A DNA stretch of 64,000 nucleotides. It comes from Heterodontus francisci. Lineage: Eukaryota. The stretch spans positions 880,062 through 944,061 of the forward strand of contig NW_027141290.1 of assembly GCF_036365525.1 (NCBI RefSeq), given 5' to 3'. The position numbers and the translations under genes are program-made. The notes under the pieces were generated by a model that worked only from the letters and a program-made list of their open reading frames with translations, made no database searches and was not told the DNA's origin. Below are positions 13,040-24,356 of the stretch, piece after piece (the stretch's first letter is position 1; each line of letters opens with the position of its first letter).

Positions 13040-13420
13040 CTCACTTACCCAGTGCACACACACAGGCCGAGAAAGGCCTCTCCATTCCGCCGCTCACTCC
13101 ATGTTGCGGGATCAGTTCATCCTCCACATTGCCTCTCACAAACAGCCCGCGACTCCCCCTGTTCTTGCTCCGGAGTCAATGGCGATCTCTGATCCAGACT
13201 GCGGACAGGGTCCCAAAGCAATGTGCTGCTGGAAGCAGATTGCTGTTTACTGCCTTACCCCGAGGCTGTAATATCTCCATTCTCTCTGTTAAAAACAAAC
13301 TCTTTCCGCTCACTGAACAAATGGCGTTCAACAGATTTGCTGGCGGAGGGGAGCACACATGCGTACATTCGCTCATTCACAATCACTGGTGGGGGCGGTG
13401 CTGTACCGCGCATGCGCCTC
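13040..13420 (-). promoter_or_regulatory. CpG-rich promoter/first-exon module (copy 2)
   Basis: NRF1 palindrome GCGCATGCGC at 13408-13417, GC box at 13391-13398, minus-strand CGCCATTT (YY1-like) near 13320, and donors GTAAGG (13258), GTAAGT (13048), GTGAGT (12940). Confidence 0.6.
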
Positions 13421-13954
13421 ATTCGGCAATGGTTTGAAAAACAAAAATCAATCGGAACTTTCTCCAGTTCAGTTTTATCTGATTTTGAGCAATGGAACCG
13501 GGACTGTGGGCAAGATTAGAGAAGGTTTCCAGCTGGGAGATTACCCTTTTACCAAGCTCAACTTGAGATCATTCTCTGCAATATGTTTGCTGTTCATTCG
13601 CTCGAATTCTCAAAGTGATCCTCCGAGGGAGGCGATGTGTTTACAGGAATGGCGCAGGAGTAAATATCTGACAGTTACAGTCACAGATCAATTTAATCAG
13701 ATTGAAACTGTCTGTCACTGAGAGTCAGAGCGAAGGGTTTGAGCTGAAAGATTACAGAGAGTTGAACAGGGCAGAGAAAGTTACACTTGGGACATTGTAT
13801 GCCTCACTCTCTGACACTTTCCCGGACTGTGTGATTAATAATGTGTCTTCCTCTGGCACTATATCAGTGAGAGATGAGAATGTAACGTCTGTTTCCCCAG
13901 GCGTATCTTTCGAGATAAAAACGAATCTTACATTTCAGTCTACAGCTCAATAAT

Positions 13955-14985
13955 TACAGGCCACTCAGTCTAACCTCAGTAGTGGGCAAATTATTGAAAT
14001 CTATTCTGAGAGACAAGATAAACTGTCACTTAGAAAGGCACATACAAACTGAGTTGAATTTTAAAAAGGATTATAGATGAGGGTAGTGCAGTTGATGGAT
14101 TCTGCATGAATTTTAGCTTTTGACAAGGTCCCAAAATACAGAATCTTTAAAAAATAAAATCTCATGGGATCCAGGGAAATGCAGCAAGGTGGATGCAAAA
14201 TTGGCTCAGTGGCAGGAAACAAAGAGTAATTGTTGACGGCTGCTTTTGAGACTGGAGGGCTGTTTCCAGTGGTTTTCCGCAGGGCTCTATAATGGGTCCC
14301 CTGTTTTGTTGATGATCTATATAAACAATGTGGACATAAATGTTGAGGGACACAATCAAGAAGTTTGCAGACGACACCAATATTGGCCGTGTGGTAGATA
14401 GCGAAGAGGATTGCTGTGGACTGGAGGAAGATGTTTATGGTCTGGTCAGAAGGGCAGAAAAGTGGCAAATAGAATTCACTCCACAGAAGTGTGACGTGAT
14501 GCACTTGGGGAGGTCAAACAATGCAAAGGAATACACGATTAATGGGAAAATACTGAGAGGTGCAGAGGAGGTGAGGGACCTTGGAGTAAATGTCCACGGA
14601 TCCCTGAAGGTAACAGGGTAGGGTGATAATATGGTTAAGAAGACTTATGGAATCCTTTCCTTTATTGGCCGAGATATAGAATATAAGAGGAGGAAGGTTA
14701 TGCTGGAACTTTGTCATCATTGGTTAGGCCAGAACTTGAGTTCTGTGTGCAGTTCTGGTCACCTCAGTACAGAAAGTATGTAACTGCAGTAGAGAGGGTA
14801 CAGAGGAGATTTACGAGGATGTTGCCGGGACTGAGAAAAGCAGCTATGAGGAAAGATTGGAAAGACTGTGGTTGTTCTCCTTGGAACAGAGAAGGCTGAC
14901 GGGAGATCTGATTGAAATGTATAAAATTTTGAAGGCCTGGATAGAGTGGAGCTGAAGTGTCTATTTACCTCAGCAGAGAGATCAA
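13955..14985 (+). mobile_element. degraded CR1 RT segment
   Basis: KKFADDTNIGRVV, KCDVMHLGRSN and VRPELEFCVQFWSPQYRK, with frameshifts. Confidence 0.92.
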
Positions 14986-15605
14986 AACCTGTCCTGGGAA
15001 CTCTACATTTAACGAACAGTTCGGCATGAGAATGTGTAGATGTGAATATTGTCTAAGAGCGAGTGTATTAAAGGTGCTGGCGGGTTAGTCTAAGGTCACT
15101 GTGTTTGTGGGACCGGACTCATCGACGGATTTCCGAGTCCCTCTTGTGTCAAGTAACAAGATTTTCCAGTCAAAGAAGCACATTGATCCCCTTCTCATTC
15201 CCAAAGTGGGAATTCAGTGTAGTTTCTTTGTTTATTTCAAGATTTCAGTCAAAATGTAGAGAACATGTAAGCTATCGGGAGAAAGAGCGCCATCAGTGCA
15301 GCAATAAAACGGGTTTCAGTCAAAAATGGAGTCTTTACTTCAAGTGCAAACTTTTGGATAGCAAGCATTCTGATGTCAGGGACAGGAAGGATCTAGTCTG
15401 GGATTCTACAGTACCCGAATTTCAGTGGAATCGGAGAGTTTAGGCCCAGAGAGAAAAACAGAGAGGCAGCAGGAGCCGGAAGCTGACAGCAGGTTGTCTC
15501 CGCCCCCGTCCGCTCACTGCCTTTAAGTTGCTCAGTGTCGCCACCACCGGCTTCATTTCTGACCCAGTTCTGACTGACAGAGAGAAGTTGTGCAGAGTCT
15601 CGGAC

Positions 15606-16283
15606 ATGACCGATACAGCAGGCGCCGAAACGGCTCCTCCAGTCGCCGCCGCTGAAGTCAAGACTCCCAAGAAGAAGAAAGCGGCTCCCCGGAACAGGTC
15701 AGCCGGACCCACGTTGAGCGAGAAGATCCTCAAGATTGTGGCGGATTGCTCCGAAAGCAAGGGGACCTCACTGCCCGTCATAAAGAAGGCTCTGGGTCGG
15801 AGCGGTGTGGATGTGGGGAAGTTCAGGAAATCAAGCAAAGTATCAGGAGGAATGTGAACAAAGGTGCACAGCAGCGGAACGGGCGCCTCCGGCTCCTTCA
15901 GAATCCCGAAGCAGGGAACCAAGGGAAATGTGGGAAAGAAAGTGAAGTCAGGAGCAGGCTAAAAACCTTTAGTGAAGAAAACAGCTGGCAAGAAAGTGAC
16001 AGCAGAGAAATCAGCAGCCAAGAAATTACCAGTCAAGAAACTAGCAGCCAAGGAATCGGCAGCGAAGAAAGCAGCAGGCAAGAAAGTGAACAGCAAGAAG
16101 GTGGCAACGCCAAAGAAATCCCCAGAGCAGAAAGCAGCGCTTCCGAGAAAGTCTACTGTGAAGAAGGCCAAAAAACCCAAGAGTGCCAAGGGCGGAAAGG
16201 CGATCAAGAAAGTTCAATCATCAAGGGGCAAGACCAAGCCGAAAGCAGCAAAGGCTCAGAAAGCAGTCCCTGGAAAGAAGTGA
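15606..16283 (+). pseudogene. H1: histone H1 pseudogene (frameshifted in globular domain)
   Basis: MTDTAGAETAPP...KKKKAAPR, GASGSFRI and a K/A/P-rich tail. A 4-nt deletion near 15828 relative to the right-arm copy, with further indels. TG box at 15100 and GC box near 15500 upstream. Confidence 0.93.
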
Positions 16284-16319
16284 AACTGCACGGGAAAGTT
16301 GTAGACATCTGAACCCAAA

Positions 16320-16360
16320 GGCTCTTTTCAGAGCCACCCAGTTCTCTCAGGAAAGAGCTG
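16320..16360 (+). terminator. histone 3' stem-loop and downstream element (H1)
   Basis: GGCTCTTTTCAGAGCC ACCCA followed by purine-rich GGAAAGAGCTG. Confidence 0.95.
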
Positions 16361-16984
16361 TTCCCCCGATCAAATGATCCCTGTCCCGCCGCCGTGTGCA
16401 CATTTCACAGAGAAATGATGGGAAGTAAATGCAGGATCCCTGGTGACTCGCTGACATTCACGACACTCAGCCCTTCCCCCACTCTCTGTAACAAAACAGA
16501 GGGGCCTCACTGTAACTGGGGATCTGTACGGTACATTCTCAGTTCATGCTCGTTTCACTAATTCAGAGTGAGAGGGTCTATCACAGGAATACTGGCGAGA
16601 AACCCGCGTCACAACTCAAACACCAATACATGAGTTTCTCTAATTCAGCTGGGGTAAGGTGTTAGTAAAATACTCAATCCGTCTGGGAGGGGAGGTGTGT
16701 GGAAACGGGTTGACTTGTGATCGGAAGCACAGTACTTAGGCGGGTAGATGACCAACTTTTCATTGCAACAGATCCTTATTTAACAGCTGCGGGTTTCTGT
16801 TATCTTTGACTATAAAGGCCGAGTCTGGAAGTTTTGTGCTGGGCTCTGTTGTTGAGAGTTTTTTTTTTGAATTGGTGGTTCGAGCAAGTGGGAGGCGGTG
16901 CTGGAGGATGAAAGACATTTCTCTGCTCTGTCTGTCACTCAGTTTCCTCTCCGCCCCGCCTCTCACTCTCTGTCACATTCTCAG

Positions 16985-17010
16985 TCAGGTCCGGGCGGGC
17001 TGTATAAAAA
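16985..17010 (+). promoter_or_regulatory. H4 promoter (GGTCC H4 box, GC box, TATA)
   Basis: TCAGGTCCGGGCGGGCTGTATAAAA about 50 nt upstream of the H4 coding remnant. Confidence 0.75.
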
Positions 17011-17058
17011 CGGCAGCAGAAACAGCTCGTTTCTCATTCAGCAGTGATTTGAGTGAAG

Positions 17059-17531
<473 letters not shown>

Positions 17532-18016
17532 TAAGTTTACATATCACTGAAATTTCACTGTCTTTTTTTCTTCATTATTTATCGAACACGTCATGAATTA
17601 AACGGCTGCATTTGATAATTTATACGTCAGGGTCTGAACTGCCGGCACGAAGCGGGATTTACTGCCGTTATTGTAAGAAATGACTGGCGCTTTCTTCCCG
17701 CCATAGACCACTGTTCCAACTGTGTTGCAAGACACAGAGGGGGACTCTAGGACGAAAGAAATAAAGCTACAAGGAGTGAGATTTTATAATTGTCCCCGCC
17801 AAATTAGGTGTTTTTTAATCTTTGCCTTGTTTGCTCATCGGAAATTGGCGGGCTTTTTGAAATTGATTAAATTTCAGTTTCAGTTACAGTTCAACCAATC
17901 AGTGCACAGCATTTCCCGCCGCTCTTTTACTTCCCGGAGCTGGTTTCAAACTTGACTGATGGACGGGGCTGCATCCAATCACAACACAAGGGCGGTCCCT
18001 CTACTGTCTTAAATAG

Positions 18017-18505
<489 letters not shown>

Positions 18506-18527
18506 GTTTGGCATCAAATAACACAAC

Positions 18528-18570
18528 GGCTCTTTTAAGAGCCACCAAATCGGCAAAACAAAGAACAGCG
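18528..18570 (+). terminator. histone 3' stem-loop and downstream element (H3)
   Basis: GGCTCTTTTAAGAGCC ACCA at 18528-18547, followed by CAAAGAACAG. Confidence 0.93.
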
Positions 18571-18724
18571 ATCTCCTGTTGTCGATTCCAGCAGAGAAAA
18601 CTGTGGTCTAGAGCAGATCACTTTATTGGAGAGCCTATCATTTTGCAAAAGCTTTTGTTGTGCTTAAACGGTAGATTTGTTAAAATGTCACAAGAGGCGA
18701 GCAGTTAAATGCCCGAATCCTAGT

Positions 18725-19065
18725 AGGGAGAAGGCTGAGGGGAGATCTGATTGAAATGTACAACATTTTGGCGGGTCTGGAGAGAGTGGAGGTGAAGAGT
18801 CTTAGCAGAGAGGTCAGTGACTATGGGCCATATGTTTAAAGTGATTGGTAGAAAAATTAGAGGGCAAACGAGGATTTTATTTTCACCTTGAGGGTGGTGG
18901 GAGTCTGGAACTCACTGCCTGAAAGGGTAGTTGAGGCAGAGACCCCCAATTCATTCAAAAGGAATCTGGATATGCATCTGAAGTGTTGTAATCTGCAGGG
19001 CGACGGACTGAATGCTGGACGGTGGGATTAGAATAGGTGGGTCGTTTTTCGGCCGACACCCACAC
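18725..19065 (+). mobile_element. CR1 3' fragment between convergent H3 and H2A
   Basis: AGGCTGAGGGGAGATCTGATTGAAATG and TGGAACTCACTGCCTGAAAGGGTAG (WNSLPERV). Mirrored at about 51020-51365. Confidence 0.85.
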
Positions 19066-19168
19066 GATGGGGCAAGTGCCCTCTTTCTATCCCAACACAA
19101 AGCAGCGCTAGCATTATAAAATTGCCGCCTCTCAGACAGCAAGCAGCCCTTGAACAGATAAAGTGGGT

Positions 19169-19184
19169 GGCTCTGAAAAGAGCC
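19169..19184 (-). terminator. histone 3' stem-loop (H2A)
   Basis: Reverse complement is GGCTCTTTTCAGAGCC followed by ACCCA. Confidence 0.95.
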
Positions 19185-19199
19185 TTTGGGTTCGCAGAT

Positions 19200-19604
19200 T
19201 TATGTCAGGCTGCTTCTCTTGCTCTTTGTGCTCGGAGCGCTGGTTTTCTTGGGTAGCAGCACGGCCTGGATATTAGGCAGCACAACGCCCTGAGCGATGG
19301 TCACCCCTCCCAGCAGCCTGGTGAGCTCCTCGTCGTTGCGGACTGCCAGCTGGAGGTGTCTGGGGATGATGCGGGTCTTCTTGTTGTCCCGGGCCGCGTT
19401 GCCGGCCAGCTCGAGGATTTCAGCTGTCAGATACTCGAGCACAGCAGCCAGATAAACCGGGGCTCCGGCACCCACACGCTCAGCATCGTTCCCCTTTTTA
19501 AGGAACCTGTGAACACGGCCCACCGGGAGCTGCATTCCAGCCCGGGAGGAGCGAGACTTGGCCTTGGACCGAGCTTTACCACCGGTCTTCCCTCTTCCAG
19601 ACAT
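19200..19604 (-). pseudogene. H2A: histone H2A gene, open frame but probably pseudogene (5-aa read-through)
   Basis: [16 protein letters not shown]...LLPKKT with L23M, F25L, L33F, Y39D, N94T and G106V. TGA>AGA at 19217-19215 relative to the right arm. TATAAATA and CCAAT boxes upstream. Confidence 0.9.
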
Positions 19605-20549
19605 TTCCACAATCTGACAAACACTTTCAGGAAGAATGCTGAGAACCGCCCACAATGGTCCTATTTATACCTTCGGGAGGAATGGTGTCGGCGGCACTGG
19701 TGATTGGTCACTCAGCACTGGGTGTCATTGTACTCTTCATGTGACCAATCAGAGAGCTGCTGAATTCACCAATCCGGAGACGCCAAGGAGATGAGGGCGG
19801 AAAATAACGGAGCGAAATTGTCAGACTGTAAACGATTTTTCAAATTTGAAAAGCCCGCCAATATATTTGTAAAACACAGAGCGGCTTCAATATAGATCAT
19901 CACATTTTCTGGTAACTTGGTTTTACCGCAAATATTTTAAAATCTTTTTCATATTGTATTATTCTGCATGTGGTAACAATTCCAGATTCGCTTTCACATT
20001 CCGCCATCTATTCGGGTTCACTCTCTATCCTTTTTGAAACTTTCTATAACCAGCGGACAGAAAGCCTCTTTCACAGCATTCTGTAACCATTTCAGCTCAA
20101 TGTTCCTAATGATACCGCATCACTGATTATAGATTGATCCCTATTATTAGTGAGAGACAACAGCGGAGCGTATAATCTTAGTGTCAGGTGTCAAAGAGTG
20201 AGACTGAGGGTTCCCACACCACCGGGGTTTCTAGATAATGTGCTGATTACTTACTGAGGACAAACTTGATCTCGGGATATGAGTGACTGAGAAATGATGC
20301 ATGTGCGTTAAATCAGATTTTATTATCGAAATACAGCAAAGGGGCCGAAAATGACCGAGTCCGTGAACAAAGCTCACAAATGGTCAGTAATTAATGATCG
20401 GGACATTATTAAGTAGAGACAGGAAGATCGCACGGGCAGTGAAACTGAATGAACCAGAATCTGTGGGATTAAAACAGAGATCACAAAGGCAGTTGGAAAA
20501 TACTTGGTAAAAATATCAAAACAAATTGATATTATAGAGATAATGTTGT

Positions 20550-20760
20550 AGCTTTTTGAGAGACGTGGTGGGTGGCTCTTAAAGTTCGGAACTCGCATTT
20601 TATACACATCACCAGAGCTCTATGTTCATGAAGGATGGGGTGAAAACCGTGTTCGTGATTGGCTGGTTTACAATGAAGTCAATTCTTGAGATTCTGTATT
20701 TATCTGATTGGGTATCTAAAGTAACCAATCAAATTTAGTGCTCGGCGAAGCCACAACATT
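20550..20760 (-). pseudogene. histone gene ghost, probably H2B: promoter fused to 3' half of stem-loop, no CDS
   Basis: The minus strand has CCAAT boxes, CCTTCATGAACATAG (decayed octamer-like H2B box), TATAAAA, 14 nt, then TTTAAGAGCCACCCA...CAAAAAGC. Confidence 0.7.
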
Positions 20761-20768
20761 TCGCCGCT

Positions 20769-21320
20769 GTCAGCTCATCCATTGCTTTTGCCTGTCACCT
20801 ATCCACCGATATCCCTGACTTTCTCACTCCCTCTGTTACTGTCTCTTCAACTGTTTCAGTTCTGTTGGCACCAGCCTGTCACCTTTTTCATTCTGCACGG
20901 ATCATTCCTCCGCACTTCAGCTTACTCACAGAAGACAAGGTGGCCGAGTGATTAAAACGATGAACTGCTAATCTGTTGTGATCTGCATGCATGGGTTTGT
21001 ATTCCATACTCCTTGTTTCTGAATGTTTAAAATAAGAGCACCGTCTTCGTGTTCCATTCGAGTGCGCTGGTTCTTTCTAAACAAGAAATACAGATGTGTA
21101 AAATAAACACAGTGACGGTGTTGTACTGGAGTATTGTATCCAGTTCTGCTCATTTGAGGGTAAAGAGGAGATTTATCAGAATGTGTGAAGTCGGTAGAGA
21201 TGGGTTTGTTCTGCATTGAATCATCAACATTGAAACAGTTGAAGAGGAAGTAGTAGAGGGAGTCAGAAATTCAGGGATATTGGTGGATAGGTGACAGGCA
21301 AGATCAGTGGACGAGCTGAC
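20769..21320. repeat. about 90-bp inverted repeats flanking the tRNA-Ser pseudogene
   Basis: 20769-20858 (GTCAGCTC...CAACTGTTTCA) is the reverse complement of 21231-21320 (TGAAACAGTTG...GAGCTGAC) with scattered mismatches. Confidence 0.85.
20934..21017 (+). pseudogene. tRNA-Ser(GCT) pseudogene
   Basis: GACAAGGTGGCCGAGTGATTAAAACGATGAACTGCTAATCTG... aligns to vertebrate tRNA-Ser-GCT. B box decayed to GGTTTGTATTCC. Confidence 0.85.
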
Positions 21321-21349
21321 TAAAGGGAGATTTACTACAAGCGTGAAAC

Positions 21350-21668
21350 ATCATGACAAGTGAGACAAGGAAGAACAGTTCCCATTAGCTCATTGTACAA
21401 GGACATAGTGACAGAAATTGAGGATTTTGGGCAGGAGATTTGGTGCGAACACGGAGTGAGTGGTTTGGCACTTACTTCCCACAAGGGTGCTGGAAGTAGA
21501 GACAATCAATTACTTCAAGAGATTATTTACTCAGCATTTGAAGGAATTAAACTTGCAGAGCTACAGGGATCGACCGGTGGAGTGAGTGTGACTGGATTGC
21601 ACTGTGGAGAGCTGTCATGGACTCGATGGGCCAAATAGCCTCCTTCGGTGTCTGTAAATAACTCTATG
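21350..21668 (+). mobile_element. old CR1 3' fragment
   Basis: Ends in GATGGGCCAAATAGCCTCCTTCGGTGTCTGTAAATAACTCTATG, a CR1 3' hairpin and tail. Confidence 0.65.
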
Positions 21669-22224
21669 TTTAGTATTAGTTTCAGACTGAAAGCTGATCA
21701 GTTTAAAGGCTATTTTAAATCTATATTTATTCAAAAAATGATAAATTTCTGGGAGACGTACATGGATGATGAGAATCATTTTATAAATTGCATTGACTTG
21801 TTCAGTTTTAAAACTGTTTTTTTTTGTATTTTGTCTGTGTTTAGCTTGTACTCTGTTCCCATCAGTTCCTGGTCTGTGAGTGTGGGTTTACCTCATTTTA
21901 TTTCATTCTCTGTTATCTGAGTGTGGGTTCAATATTTACCCAGAGCACCGTTTGTGAACTGAACTTTACCTATCTCCCTTTTTATTATTATTTAACAAAG
22001 ATCTGCACACTCTTGTTTCTGACTGAGAACTCATTTATTAGTTTAAAGGACATGTCTTCTTTAACATAAATTTCATTGAAAGAAAATTGAACTTCAGCAT
22101 TGTGGGAGACGCACAGGGATGATGAGAGTCTTTTGTAAGTTTTAATTTGGAAATCACATTGATCATTTTTAAGTTATAAAATGAAGCTGCATGATACCAG
22201 AATTGAGGTCTGACCTGAAGCAGA

Positions 22225-22279
22225 GAACCCATGTCAACTGCTTGGAAGGCAGATATTCTCAGCACTATACCAACATCAC
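22225..22279 (-). pseudogene. tRNA-Gly(TCC) remnant, 3'-truncated
   Basis: Minus strand GTGATGTTGGTATAGTGCTGAGAATATCTGCCTTCCAAGCAGTTGACATGGGTTC. Mirrored at 48062-48116. Confidence 0.75.
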
Positions 22280-22772
22280 TCTGTGAGTTTAACGTACGTA
22301 AATGAGTACATTATTCTGTAACATTTATTTTCTGTTCTGTGACTATGTCTGGTTCCAGTTCATCATGTCAGCCTCTGGTACTCTGTATGAGGTAGGATTA
22401 ATGTGGACTATGTCAGTTTCTGGTACTGCCTATGAGTGTGAATATATTTCTGTATCCATCAGTCTCTCAAATTGAATGTGAGTGTGGATTAATTCATTTA
22501 TCATCCGTCTCCGCATCTGACAGTGAGAATGTGATTCATTCAGTATCTCTCTGTCTCTGGTATTGTTTGTGAATGTGTTGCTTATTCTGTGTTTTTCTGT
22601 GACTGGTAGAGTTTGTGAGTGTGGCATTCATTCTGTACCTGTTAGGAAAATTATTGAATGGCATTGTGGACTCAGTGTTTTTTAGGCACTCCAACTCGAT
22701 GTGAATCAGATTTGTACTGTGTCTGTCGGTTTCACCTCATGTAATTGAGTGTGGGATTCATTATATAGCTGT

Positions 22773-23058
22773 NNNNNNNNNNNNNNNNNNNNNNNNNNNN
22801 NNNNNNNNNNNNNNNNNNNNNNNNNNNNNNNNNNNNNNNNNNNNNNNNNNNNNNNNNNNNNNNNNNNNNNNNNNNNNNNNNNNNNNNNNNNNNNNNNNNN
22901 NNNNNNNNNNNNNNNNNNNNNNNNNNNNNNNNNNNNNNNNNNNNNNNNNNNNNNNNNNNNNNNNNNNNNNNNNNNNNNNNNNNNNNNNNNNNNNNNNNNN
23001 NNNNNNNNNNNNNNNNNNNNNNNNNNNNNNNNNNNNNNNNNNNNNNNNNNNNNNNNNN
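22773..23058. other. assembly gap (286 N)
   Basis: Run of N. Confidence 1.
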
Positions 23059-23954
23059 ATCTACAAGGCAGTAAAGGGTTATTGGGACAGCCAGGAAAGT
23101 GAAGTTAAACACAGTCAGATCAGCCATGATCATATTAAATGGCAGAGTAATGTGGAGAGGCCACATGGCCTACTCTTGGTCATATTTGTTATGTTCTTAT
23201 GATCTTCTCTTACTTGACATGATTGTGGGCCACATTCTGTATCTTTAAATAACTGGTCCTGTGTGTCAATGTAGGTTCATTCTGAATTTGACAGTCTCTG
23301 GTACAGAATGTGTGTTTGCAATTCATTCCTTATGTATCTGCCTCTGGGGGAGTGTGCAAGTGTGAGATTAATTCTGTATCAGCCAGCATCCGTACTGTGT
23401 ATGCATGTTGGACCCATTCAGTATATGTAAGTTATGGGTACTGTGTCTGTATATGTGATTCATTCTCCATCCATTCGGCTCTGGTACCCTGTTTCAGTGT
23501 CGGATTCAATTTGCATCTATGTGTCTCTGTGTTGTATGTGTCTGTGTGATCCTACTGTATCCTGTATTTAATATGTACCTCAAGCATTCTGTTGGCTACT
23601 GTTTCATATTTTTGTGTATCAATATTTGTCCCTTGTGTTTAATTTAAAATATGGATTAACTATTTCATCGCTGCCTGTTTTATTCAATTCTCGTACATGA
23701 GTTGTGAATTGGTATCCAATTCATAGTTCTTCCAAATTAACTGTGAGTGTTAATCTTTCAATCTGATACATGAACTGGTATGGACAGTCAAATTTCTTTG
23801 TATTGTAAAAACATAGAATGAATACTGTATGTTTCTGTCTGACCCATAGTGAAATGTTTGGAATTGTTTGAACTGTGTAACTCAGTTAAAATTGTGGGGC
23901 ACCTGTTGGGACTTATTCTCTAGCTTTCAATCAGGTAAATTTTGCCTGTTCTAG

Positions 23955-24330
23955 TTAAGATATCTTATTTGAAATATAGTCAAATTGACAGAGTGTATTT
24001 AAATCTGATAATGAGTGTGATTTTAGACTGGGGTTGATGTATCTACCAGTCAGCTGCAGTGAAAGAGAAACAACTTCAATCTTTCCTGCTCTGCTTGACT
24101 GTTGGATTGAAAATGTGTCTCTTGATCTTGGGATCAGTGTGGGTCTGACTACTTCTTTTGTTTGTTGCAGTGGAAAAGATGAGCTGGCTGTGTCACTGTG
24201 CTTTGTGAGTGACACTGTATCTACCTACTGTGTGTTGGAACAAGCTGGCTGCTCTTTTCCTTGTGTCCAGGAGTCAGGACTTTCATTCTGGCTCCTTCAA
24301 ATGTTTGCCTGCAGGAAGAAAAAGTAATTC
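23955..24330 (-). other. putative exon with consensus splice acceptor, paralog of 12002-12310
   Basis: Minus strand TACTTTTTCTTCCTGCAG|GCAAAC (exon starts at 24308). It then encodes MKVLTPGHKEKSSQLVPTHSR, which aligns to MNVMLPRHKEMCSQLLATQSR. Confidence 0.45.
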
Positions 24331-24356
24331 TTAGACTTGAAGAAAGGTCAGTGAGA

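Larger units (their letters stand above)
21810..23560 (+). repeat. second, more degenerate block of 41-bp-family satellite (interrupted)
   Basis: Motifs such as TACTCTGTTCCCATCAGTTCCTGGTCTGTGAG and TGTCAGTTTCTGGTA recur. Interrupted by a tRNA remnant, the N gap and a CR1 tail at 23059-23200. Confidence 0.55.
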
